Source of the DNA: Candidatus Hermodarchaeota archaeon
GTDB lineage: Archaea; Asgardarchaeota; Thorarchaeia; Thorarchaeales; Thorarchaeaceae
Direction of reading: 5' to 3'
Assembly (NCBI GenBank): GCA_048885865.1
Contig: JBHLLF010000003.1
Coordinates: 107,477-171,476, forward strand
Length of the DNA stretch: 64,000 nt
In this document: positions 38,209 to 46,733 of the stretch, in pieces
How positions within the stretch are numbered: position 1 is the stretch's first letter
Layout of the letters: each line of letters starts with the position of its first letter
Translations under genes and position numbers: made by a program
The notes under the pieces: model-generated
Told to the model about the DNA's origin: nothing
Database searches by the model: none
The model's input: the letters and a program-made list of their open reading frames with translations, nothing else

Positions 38209-38832
38209 ATGAATGAACTCACAGAAGCCTTGGCTGAGCTAGAAGAGAATACTGTCCAAGAAATGGTTGAGAAACAGATTGCTGAGGGTAGAAACCCACT
38301 CAAAATCCTCGAAGACCTAAAGCAGGGAATGGATATAGTGGGTAAACGATTCTCAGAAAACGAGTACTTTTTGGTTGAGCTTGTAGTGTCTGCAGAGATC
38401 TTCAACAAAGCATTGGAGGTTCTTGAGCCAAAACTCTTGGAAACCCAATCAGGAGAGGAGAAGGGCAAGGTCGTGATTGGAACAGTCAAGGGAGACATCC
38501 ACTATATAGGCAAGAACCTTGTTGTTGCATTTCTCAAGTCTAACGGATTTGAGGTCTATGACTTGGGTGAGGATGTAGCGCCAGAGAAGTTCATTGACAA
38601 GCTAAAGGAAACAGGAGCCACAATCTTAGCTTTGAGCGGACTTATCACAACCACGCATGATGTAATGCGAGAAACTGTCGATGCTTTGAAGGCAGCTGGC
38701 ATTCGTGACAAGGTCAGTGTCATGATAGGAGGATGTGATGTCAATCAGGAAGTCGTAGATCACACCGGTGCAGATGCATTTGGAAGGGACGCAGTCAGTG
38801 CAGTGGAAGTGGCTAAGAAGCTCCTGATTTAG
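38209..38832 (+). CDS. Corrinoid (B12-binding) protein of a methyltransferase system
   Basis: 'GTVKGDIHYIGKNLV' (DxHxxG), 'LSGL', 'IGG'. Confidence 0.92.
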   Translation: MNELTEALAELEENTVQEMVEKQIAEGRNPLKILEDLKQGMDIVGKRFSENEYFLVELVVSAEIFNKALEVLEPKLLETQSGEEKGKVVIGTVKGDIHYIGKNLVVAFLKSNGFEVYDLGEDVAPEKFIDKLKETGATILALSGLITTTHDVMRETVDALKAAGIRDKVSVMIGGCDVNQEVVDHTGADAFGRDAVSAVEVAKKLLI

Positions 38833-38883
38833 CTTTCATCCATTGAAGGCGAAACGGCCAAATGCCAGTTCTACCTGATTGTA

Positions 38884-39768
38884 GTGATTCGATTGTCTGG
38901 AGAAGAACTTGCAGGACCGTTGGATATCAACTACATCAGAACTTGCGATTGTCCACCAAATCATATCAATTGCCTGACTGCAAAGGAGTGGATGCAGCAT
39001 CAGATTGCTGTCTGGGAATTTTTCTACGAGAAACGCGACATCAGGGATAAGAAAATCCACCCTGCAGTCTTCCCCATCGCACTTCCAAAGAAATGCATTG
39101 AACTCTTTACGCACCAAGGAGAACTGGTCATTGATCCATTTGTGGGGAGTGGTACCACACTTGTGGCCGCAAAGGACACCAATAGAAATGCAGTTGGTTT
39201 TGATTTGAAGCAGGAATATGTTGATCTTTCTAACGAACGGGTGAAGCCTCAGGAGAAGAACAATGGTACGCAGCTAGCAATTTGTGTTGAAGCGCATAAT
39301 GTAAAGGACTATCTGAATGATGAAACAGTATCTCTGTGCATCACGTCTCCTCCTTATGCGAACTTGCTGAATAGAAAGAGACGAAACAAGAGCGTGCGGG
39401 GAAACCTGAGAAAAGACGAACATTATCTCGAGGTACAGCAATACTCTGATGATCCTAGAGACCTCGGAACTATGGATGTGAGGAAATACGCAGAAACAAT
39501 TGGGACCATCTTCGAAGGAATTCTCCCCAAAATGCGCCGTAGAGGACATTGTGTAATCAATATCACTGATTATTGGTGGAAGAGTCAGAGAGTACCTGCG
39601 CATGTCTATGTCATCGACGCGCTACAAGATGTAGGATTTGAACTCAGGAATACGATAATCTGGGATCGAAGGAACATTGTGAACAAGGCGGGGATTTTCG
39701 GATGGCCAAGCAACTATATCACTCTCTCGACAACATTTGAGTACCTACTGCATTTCTGGAAACCGTAG
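38884..39768 (+). CDS. DNA amino-methyltransferase, likely N4-cytosine (SPPY)
   Basis: 'HPAVFP', 'DPFVGSGTT', 'ITSPPY'. Confidence 0.85.
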   Translation: MIRLSGEELAGPLDINYIRTCDCPPNHINCLTAKEWMQHQIAVWEFFYEKRDIRDKKIHPAVFPIALPKKCIELFTHQGELVIDPFVGSGTTLVAAKDTNRNAVGFDLKQEYVDLSNERVKPQEKNNGTQLAICVEAHNVKDYLNDETVSLCITSPPYANLLNRKRRNKSVRGNLRKDEHYLEVQQYSDDPRDLGTMDVRKYAETIGTIFEGILPKMRRRGHCVINITDYWWKSQRVPAHVYVIDALQDVGFELRNTIIWDRRNIVNKAGIFGWPSNYITLSTTFEYLLHFWKP

Positions 39769-39777
39769 CATCACTCT

Positions 39778-40857
39778 TCATATTCCGAGTGCTGAGAAGA
39801 CCAAATCCTGAACTTTCTGAGTGTTTTCTTTGACCACAGCCCAGATTTCATCATCATCCTCAAAGGGTGGCGTTTGTGTGGGAGGATTAAAGACAGCTCC
39901 GGTGAGGACAGACATCACTACTCCTGCTCCATATCGAAAGACTTCACGATTGTACCCACCGCCTGATATGACACTTAGACGACCGCTTGCCCATCTATGG
40001 GCGGCAGCATGGATTTCTTCCGTTACATAGCGAATTGTGTTCATTGTCAGATTCAAATGAGTCATAGGATCATCATAGTGTGCATCAAATCCAGGAAGGA
40101 AGAGAATGAAATCAGGTTGGTAGAAATTGAAGAGAGGTGGCACGATTCTATCGAACGCATATCGATATACTTCGTCTCCTGAGTCCATAGGAAAATGCAT
40201 GTTGATGTTGTAGCCAAGGCCCTCGCCCTCTCCTATATCCTCGATGAAACCATCATGTGGGTATATCCACTCAGGATCTTCATGGAACGAAATCTGCATG
40301 ACTCCAGAATCATCATAGAAATAAGCCTGAGTTCCGTTTCCATGGTGAACATCGAAGTCTGCTATCAGAATGCGTTCATATCCCAGGTCTTTAAGACGGT
40401 ACACGGAGGCTGCAACATCATTGAATATGCAGAATCCGCCACCAGTTTCGTAGCGAGCATGATGAAATCCTCCCGTTGGAGAATAGGTGTGACAAACCTT
40501 CTTCGAATGGATAGCCTCAACTCCAGTCACAGTTGCACCACTCGTAATCCTGGCATTATTGTATATTCCCTTAAACCCCGGAGTGTCGATGTCAATCTCA
40601 CCTTTTCCAGTTTCTGATATCTTTCTGACCTTTTCCAAATACTCCTGAGAGTGGATTCGACTTAGAAGCGACCTTGCCAAAGGCTTCGGTTTAATTATCT
40701 TCACGTTGGGATGTTCAAGGAATCGAGTTTCTTGAAGGAAATCCCTGACCATTTGAAAACGGCCAACACGAATGGGGTGTTTTGAGCCAAAGTCAAAAGT
40801 TTCGAGTTCTGGACTCCATAGGAACCCTGCTTTACATTTGTGAATGGAAGGACTCAT
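39778..40857 (-). CDS. Histone deacetylase / AcuC-family Zn deacetylase
   Basis: 'GGFHHA', 'GFCIFND', 'DFDVHHGNGTQ', 'GFDAH..DP', 'GGGY'. Confidence 0.92.
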   Translation of the reverse strand: MSPSIHKCKAGFLWSPELETFDFGSKHPIRVGRFQMVRDFLQETRFLEHPNVKIIKPKPLARSLLSRIHSQEYLEKVRKISETGKGEIDIDTPGFKGIYNNARITSGATVTGVEAIHSKKVCHTYSPTGGFHHARYETGGGFCIFNDVAASVYRLKDLGYERILIADFDVHHGNGTQAYFYDDSGVMQISFHEDPEWIYPHDGFIEDIGEGEGLGYNINMHFPMDSGDEVYRYAFDRIVPPLFNFYQPDFILFLPGFDAHYDDPMTHLNLTMNTIRYVTEEIHAAAHRWASGRLSVISGGGYNREVFRYGAGVVMSVLTGAVFNPPTQTPPFEDDDEIWAVVKENTQKVQDLVFSALGI

Positions 40858-42363
40858 TATGGAGTTGTTTTCTGCGCATCCTTATATGCTTACATGAGCA
40901 GAACTCCACAAGGTGCTTGTTGGACTGTGCGATTCCAGGAAACTTCAGTTGTTTCTCTTCCCGCCAATGTTTACAGTCTCTACGTGAGGCAGCAGAGGGA
41001 CGCGAGGGCGCAGGTCTTCTCACTCGACTATGGAGAAAGGCTACGGATTTTTGACACCATGGGATCTCAAAAGTCATCGAGGGGCTACAGTAGCAAAGTT
41101 CGATGCATAGCAGTAGGAGATGTTGAAAGCAGTGGAGAAGATGCTCTTATTGGAGGAGCAGGCAAAAGACTCCTAGTTGTGAATCAAAAAGGCAGAGTAC
41201 TATGGAAGAACGACCTTGAGAGTACAGTCATTGCATGTGATGCACGAGATGTTGACGGAGATGATGCCGCGGAAGTTGTCGCCGCCCTACAGAATAAGAG
41301 AGTCATTCTGTGGAACCATGAACAGACTGCCCTATTCAGTCGTACCGTGGACGAGGCAGTATCCGATGTCTGGTTGGAAGATATAACGAACGATTCAGAA
41401 CTCGAAGTAGTCATTGCACAGCGGAAAGGTACCGTGTTGATTCTATCTGCAGCTGGTTACGAGCTGAAGCGGCTAAACCTTGGCAACGTAATCACGGTAT
41501 TTGGGGTACTGACTTTCGGAAAGAGGAAACTGTTTGTCACAGGAGATCATTCACCTCAGTTACAGGTCTGGGACATTGAGGGGAATCCGGTTACATCATT
41601 AATGCTTCCAGCTCCGCCCAAGGCTTTGGCTACGGGAATACCTGATGATGTTTCTGATGTCGCATATTTGGTTGCAAGTACGCGCGACAGGAAGCTCCTC
41701 TTCTGGGAGGCCCAAGACACTGTCAAAGTGAAGAAGTCAGAGAAAACGACTCTTCAAGAGATAGGATCAACGAAGATGACTTTATATCGTCGAGCAATCA
41801 AGTGCGGCAATTGTGGAGCATCCACGTCCCCGGAGGCTCTTGAATGTACATCATGCGGAGCTAAGCTTGAGATGTTGGATGAGTATAAAATCGAGGAATA
41901 TATGCAGGACAGCATAGAATCGATCACATCGAAACATAGTAGAATTCAGCTGAAGGAATTGGATAGGATTCTCAGAAAGACCCTTCCGAGACCGGCTGCA
42001 TATAACTTGAGAAGAAGTATTCAGACGATGATTGAGAAAGGGATACTTGATGGGCATTTCAACAAAGACGTTTTTGTACGGACAATAGAAAAGGAAGATA
42101 GAAGGCCACTAAAGGCTTCAAGGGCTCAGGCGCAAGCTGCGGTCAAGATGACAAAGGACCTTCTTGACAAGAATGAGAGCTTCGATATTGCAGATGTGGA
42201 AAAGGAAACTGGAGTGCCCCAGAATATTCTTCGAAGAACACTGATCATACTCCTTGGAGAAGGATTGATTGAAGGCATCATAGAAGGTAATGCATTCGTT
42301 CTGGCCAAGGAGCAGGACATTAGGAAATTCTTGAATATACTACAGAAAGAATTAGAGGCGTAA
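40840..42363 (+). CDS. Beta-propeller (FG-GAP/WD-like) + double zinc ribbon + PCI/winged-helix-like repeats; true start possibly 40894
   Basis: 'DVDGDDAAEVV' and 'DITNDSELEVV' repeats; CGNCG...CTSCG; 'MIEKGILDGHF' and 'LLGEGLIEGII'. Confidence 0.7.
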   Translation: MNGRTHYGVVFCASLYAYMSRTPQGACWTVRFQETSVVSLPANVYSLYVRQQRDARAQVFSLDYGERLRIFDTMGSQKSSRGYSSKVRCIAVGDVESSGEDALIGGAGKRLLVVNQKGRVLWKNDLESTVIACDARDVDGDDAAEVVAALQNKRVILWNHEQTALFSRTVDEAVSDVWLEDITNDSELEVVIAQRKGTVLILSAAGYELKRLNLGNVITVFGVLTFGKRKLFVTGDHSPQLQVWDIEGNPVTSLMLPAPPKALATGIPDDVSDVAYLVASTRDRKLLFWEAQDTVKVKKSEKTTLQEIGSTKMTLYRRAIKCGNCGASTSPEALECTSCGAKLEMLDEYKIEEYMQDSIESITSKHSRIQLKELDRILRKTLPRPAAYNLRRSIQTMIEKGILDGHFNKDVFVRTIEKEDRRPLKASRAQAQAAVKMTKDLLDKNESFDIADVEKETGVPQNILRRTLIILLGEGLIEGIIEGNAFVLAKEQDIRKFLNILQKELEA

Positions 42364-42409
42364 ATCAGAAAATGGAATCAAATAACTACAGACGAGAGGA
42401 GGCAGTGCA

Positions 42410-45259
42410 ATGGATATCAGCAAACGAATAGTGGTGACCTTTGTAGTCGTGTCACTGGTGCCAATTCTGATTATAGCGGCACTCTCTGCAAATAGTGTTT
42501 TTACAACATCAAACGAGAATGCTGCTGATGCCGCAGAAGCGCTTAGGACTGAGGAACTTGCCAATCTTCTGAGGATTTCGGAAGACACTGCGTCCTTCAT
42601 TTCGGAGAGAATGCAGCAATACTTCGATGGCGTCTACATGATGGAGAAGTATGCTGAAGACCTATTCAATGAGAGAATTAATGCGACACCCCAATACTCG
42701 TACTTCTGGGATCCATCCTTGGAATGGTTTCACAGTGGAAGGGATATACCCGGGAGAAATCCAGCCACATATGACGAGGCGTATGATTCGAATGACATCT
42801 CTTTCGATGTCAGCTGCTGGTACATGCCAACTGATGATTACCAAACTCCAAATGATCCTTGGGACTGGAGTCCTACCACTCGAAATCTCATAGAGATCTC
42901 TAGCAACATGGACAATGTCTATCGCTCGCTGCATCAGGCCAGTGAGGACTATATATGGCTATACATGGGCTTCTCTCCGGATATTAGCGATACACGCCTT
43001 TTCAGGAACTATCCCTACGACAATCTCTTCTACTTCGAGGACTGGTACGGTCCGGGTCTGGATTATGATCCAACTATAGAAGAGTGGTACCTTAACGCAG
43101 CTGCCGTACTAGATGACAGCATCGCGTTTACAAGTCCCTATGGAGACCCCTCCACTGGTCTAGTCATTTCAATGGGACGCCCCATTCACTTTGACAATGG
43201 AACGCTAATCGGGGTCGTATCGGCTGACGTGACCCTTGACACGATCATGGCGAATGTGCTTGGCATAGAAGTCTTAGAGAGCGGCTATGCCTATCTTTTG
43301 GAATCAGATGGAGGACTCATAGCACATCCGGACTTGGTTGCAGAGGGGCAGACCCTAAATGAAGCTGAGTTCTCTGGAGCTAGCTCGACGGAGATTGCAG
43401 CATTCACATCGCTTCTGCCTACAATTCTATCTGAAGAGAGTGGACAGGATACATTCCAGAAACGAGGTGAGGAATGGTATATCACCTACTCGAAGGTCAA
43501 TGTGACAGGCTTTGTGCTTGCCATCGTTGTTCCCTCAGCAGAAGTGATAGGACCTGCTACGAATATTCTGAATCTCGTCCTTGGCCAGACCTTTTTGCTT
43601 ACCATAATCCTAGGCGCAATGCTGGCTGGCGTGGCTGTAGGAGTTGCTTTCATTTCTTACAGGAGAGGAAACGCTGTAGTGGAGCCCATAAAGGAGATGA
43701 CACGTCTAGTGACGAAGATGGCAAGCCAGGACTTTACTCGCGGTGTTTCAACTGCAGGAGCAATGTATGAAGAGGTTGGTACCACCGTTGATGCACTGCT
43801 GAACTTCCAAGAAGCAATCAGATTCGGAAATCAAGCCTTCATTCGGGGTGACCTGAACCGAGCCCTGGCGAACTATCAAAATTTGCTCGAAATTAGTCGC
43901 AGCCTCAATATTGAGATTGGCGAGCAAACAATGTATCTGAACATTGGAAATGTGTTCCGTCAGCGTGGAGATACAGGTAACGCGATGGATTACTATGAAC
44001 AGGCATTAGCACTGGCAAAGATGCTCCTTGAAAGAGCCCGGCAAGAGGATGCAGAAGAAACTGATGCCTTGGTTAGAGTCGCTTCAGTCTATCACAACAT
44101 GGCACTCGTCGAGATGGACAAGAACAATCCCAAAAAGGCGATGGAGCTGCTAGAGGATGCTGTAGCGATTGACCTTACTCTAGGCAACCAGAGAGGCCTT
44201 GCAAAACGCTTCGATGCGCAAGGACTTGTCTTGGTAAGGGAAGGCAGATACAGCCAGGCCCTTTCAAAGTTTGAAGAAGCACTTAGAACTGCTGCTGCTG
44301 AAGGCTATGAAAGAAGCATGGCATACATTCACTATCACATGGGCGAGCTCTTCCAGGTTCAAGGAAAACTGAAGAAGGCCGAAGATGAATACAATGACGC
44401 AATTCGTCTTGGAGAAATAACTGAGGAGTTCTGGCTGGTCGTCTATGCTATGCAGAATCTGGCTGATGTCTTGGATCAGCGGGATAAGCCGAGTCACGAG
44501 ATCAGGCGCAAGGCTGAGAGATTGAAACGTTCAATCATGTTCAAGAAGAGCGTTATTCTCGTTATCGACTACTCGGGGAGCATGCAAGCTCAGAACAGGA
44601 TCAGAGCTGCAGTTCAGGGTGCGAAGGAGATTGTAGAAACTCAAGTCAATCCACAGGATGAGGTGAGTATCATAGTCTTCAACTCATCATTTAGAGAGAT
44701 TCTCCGACTTACTAGGAAGGGAGAATATGAACGCCCCAGAGATAGCCCGATCATTCGTGCCCTAGACTCTCTCAGGCACCCTAATTATGCAACAGCATTC
44801 TACGATGCTCTAGGTAGGGCTCTTGAGGAACTTGATAGGATTGAGTCAAGCGAGCACAGATGGGTAATAGCCCTGACAGATGGCCAAGACAATAGCTCTG
44901 AGAAGTACTCACTTGATGCATTGGAAGGGATCTTCACTGAGGAAGATAGACATCGAAGAAAGAGACCTCTGACCATTGAGGGATTCATCAGGGATAACCA
45001 TCTCGATGTCAACTTAATTATAATTGGCGTAGGTGATGAGCTGAAGGCACCAATTGAAGCCAAGGTGAGGTCACCGATCACAGGGCGAAGAATGACCTTT
45101 GAAGAATTACTTGATTCAGTGTGTGACCACATCCCTCAGGGACAATATCTCTCGGTAGTTGACAGCATAGATGTGAGAAGTGACATTGAGAAAGCCTTCC
45201 AGGAGGTTGGAGTGATGATGGCTCAACTGGAAGTAGGAGGAAGTACAGTAGATTTCTAG
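42410..45259 (+). CDS. Membrane receptor: TM-dCache-TM-HAMP-TPR-vWA
   Basis: Two TMs; Cache motifs 'EWY..FTSPYGD..GVVSADV', 'SGYAYLL..G.LIAHP'; HAMP 'EPIKEM'; TPRs 'YLNIGNVFRQRGD..AMDYYEQAL'; MIDAS 'DYSGS', 'TAFYDA', 'LTDGQDN'. Confidence 0.85.
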   Translation: MDISKRIVVTFVVVSLVPILIIAALSANSVFTTSNENAADAAEALRTEELANLLRISEDTASFISERMQQYFDGVYMMEKYAEDLFNERINATPQYSYFWDPSLEWFHSGRDIPGRNPATYDEAYDSNDISFDVSCWYMPTDDYQTPNDPWDWSPTTRNLIEISSNMDNVYRSLHQASEDYIWLYMGFSPDISDTRLFRNYPYDNLFYFEDWYGPGLDYDPTIEEWYLNAAAVLDDSIAFTSPYGDPSTGLVISMGRPIHFDNGTLIGVVSADVTLDTIMANVLGIEVLESGYAYLLESDGGLIAHPDLVAEGQTLNEAEFSGASSTEIAAFTSLLPTILSEESGQDTFQKRGEEWYITYSKVNVTGFVLAIVVPSAEVIGPATNILNLVLGQTFLLTIILGAMLAGVAVGVAFISYRRGNAVVEPIKEMTRLVTKMASQDFTRGVSTAGAMYEEVGTTVDALLNFQEAIRFGNQAFIRGDLNRALANYQNLLEISRSLNIEIGEQTMYLNIGNVFRQRGDTGNAMDYYEQALALAKMLLERARQEDAEETDALVRVASVYHNMALVEMDKNNPKKAMELLEDAVAIDLTLGNQRGLAKRFDAQGLVLVREGRYSQALSKFEEALRTAAAEGYERSMAYIHYHMGELFQVQGKLKKAEDEYNDAIRLGEITEEFWLVVYAMQNLADVLDQRDKPSHEIRRKAERLKRSIMFKKSVILVIDYSGSMQAQNRIRAAVQGAKEIVETQVNPQDEVSIIVFNSSFREILRLTRKGEYERPRDSPIIRALDSLRHPNYATAFYDALGRALEELDRIESSEHRWVIALTDGQDNSSEKYSLDALEGIFTEEDRHRRKRPLTIEGFIRDNHLDVNLIIIGVGDELKAPIEAKVRSPITGRRMTFEELLDSVCDHIPQGQYLSVVDSIDVRSDIEKAFQEVGVMMAQLEVGGSTVDF

Positions 45260-45266
45260 GAGGTGA

Positions 45267-46715
45267 ATGAAGTTGTCAAAGATGGCAAGAACCAAGAAGA
45301 AAGGCAGTTTCCGCAGGAATGTCATACTAACATTCGTCACAATTTCGATCATTTCTCTAGGAGTCACTGGAGGAATCTCATACTTCTTTGTAAATTTGAT
45401 TGGAGACTTCACCACTACCGAGAGCACAAATGCTCTCGAATCACAGATTCAGACCAACATGGATCTTACCGGTGAGAAGACAGCACTCGTCATTAATCAG
45501 AAACTATCAAATGCGGAGTCTATGATTGCGGCACTAGCCGAGGAAGCAGAGAAGCTTCTAAGTGATGAATCAACATACATACCTCGAAGAACATACTACG
45601 ACTACTATTTCGAATATGGATCTCCAGGAGAGTATCCAGCTGATACAGCCTATGATCCCAATTATGAACTTAATGTGTCATGGACATTTAGCAGCTGGTA
45701 TGTCCCGCCCTCAACAGTTGCTGATTATCAGCTGTATGAGGACGAGAGGCTCGCAAGGATTTCAAACATCGACCAAATGTTTCAATCAGTCCATGAACAG
45801 CTTGACTTCAGGTGGCTGTACGTTGTTTTCAAAGATACTAACATGTTCATCAACTATCCAGGAAGCTTGCTACCCATCGAGAATCGACTAATTGATCCAT
45901 GGTATCCAACAACAGACTTCTTCTACACAGAGGTTGAGGACGGTGATGGTGATATGGTCTTTGTAGAACCATATTTCGACCCGCTTGAAGGAGTTCTCCT
46001 TGTGACCATTGGTCGAGCGATTTACTTCGAGAATGGCACTCTCATTGGTATTGTTGCTGGAGATATTACAATAGCAGATATCAATCAGGAAGTTCTTGAT
46101 GTTACTGTTCTAACATCAGGTTATGCCGCTCTTGTAGAGAGCAGTCTTGGACTGGTAGTTGCACATCCAGAGGTTCCAGACGAAGCGTACGAAACAGGAT
46201 TGCCTGCTCTTACATTCGTTGAACGTAATACTGATGGAAGTCCAGCATTATCATCCCAAGATGTAGACCAGATACGTTCAGGCGCAACCGGATTCCTAAG
46301 ATACACTCGGGATGGTGAAGACTTCATCCTAGTTTACACTCCAGTTGGCAAGGCAAATTGGATTTGCATCATAGTCGTACCGGTTGATGAAGTATTGAAT
46401 GCAATTCCTGAATTAGAGGCACGTATCGAGGCTGCAAACACTCAAGCAACATTATTCATCCTAGCGATAACAGTAGCAGGAATCATGATAGCCGCAGCTG
46501 TTGCTGTTGTGATATCAAACCAAATCACGGGACCTCTCCAATACATGATGGACCTCGCAACAAAGAATGTCGCAGCTATGATTAAACAAGAACCGCTCGA
46601 TACCCTTGACCTGCAGGTGGACAAGACATATACTTCAAAGGATGACGAAATAGGAGAGCTAGCACGAGCATTCCAGGGAATGCTGGATTCAATTAAGGAT
46701 GATGAGTCACAGTAG
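45267..46715 (+). CDS. Membrane receptor: TM-dCache-TM-HAMP with no output domain
   Basis: Paralogous Cache region ('FVEPYFD', 'GIVAGDI', 'SGYAALV..VVAHP'); ends right after HAMP 'DEIGELARAFQGML'. Confidence 0.85.
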   Translation: MKLSKMARTKKKGSFRRNVILTFVTISIISLGVTGGISYFFVNLIGDFTTTESTNALESQIQTNMDLTGEKTALVINQKLSNAESMIAALAEEAEKLLSDESTYIPRRTYYDYYFEYGSPGEYPADTAYDPNYELNVSWTFSSWYVPPSTVADYQLYEDERLARISNIDQMFQSVHEQLDFRWLYVVFKDTNMFINYPGSLLPIENRLIDPWYPTTDFFYTEVEDGDGDMVFVEPYFDPLEGVLLVTIGRAIYFENGTLIGIVAGDITIADINQEVLDVTVLTSGYAALVESSLGLVVAHPEVPDEAYETGLPALTFVERNTDGSPALSSQDVDQIRSGATGFLRYTRDGEDFILVYTPVGKANWICIIVVPVDEVLNAIPELEARIEAANTQATLFILAITVAGIMIAAAVAVVISNQITGPLQYMMDLATKNVAAMIKQEPLDTLDLQVDKTYTSKDDEIGELARAFQGMLDSIKDDESQ

Positions 46716-46733
46716 CTATATGAGGTGTGAATT

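Noticed and set aside
35562-38832. Pyrrolysine read-through at TAG stops in the methyltransferase module
   Set aside because: The TAGs fall at the natural family C-termini, and no MttB/MtbB/MtmB gene is present.
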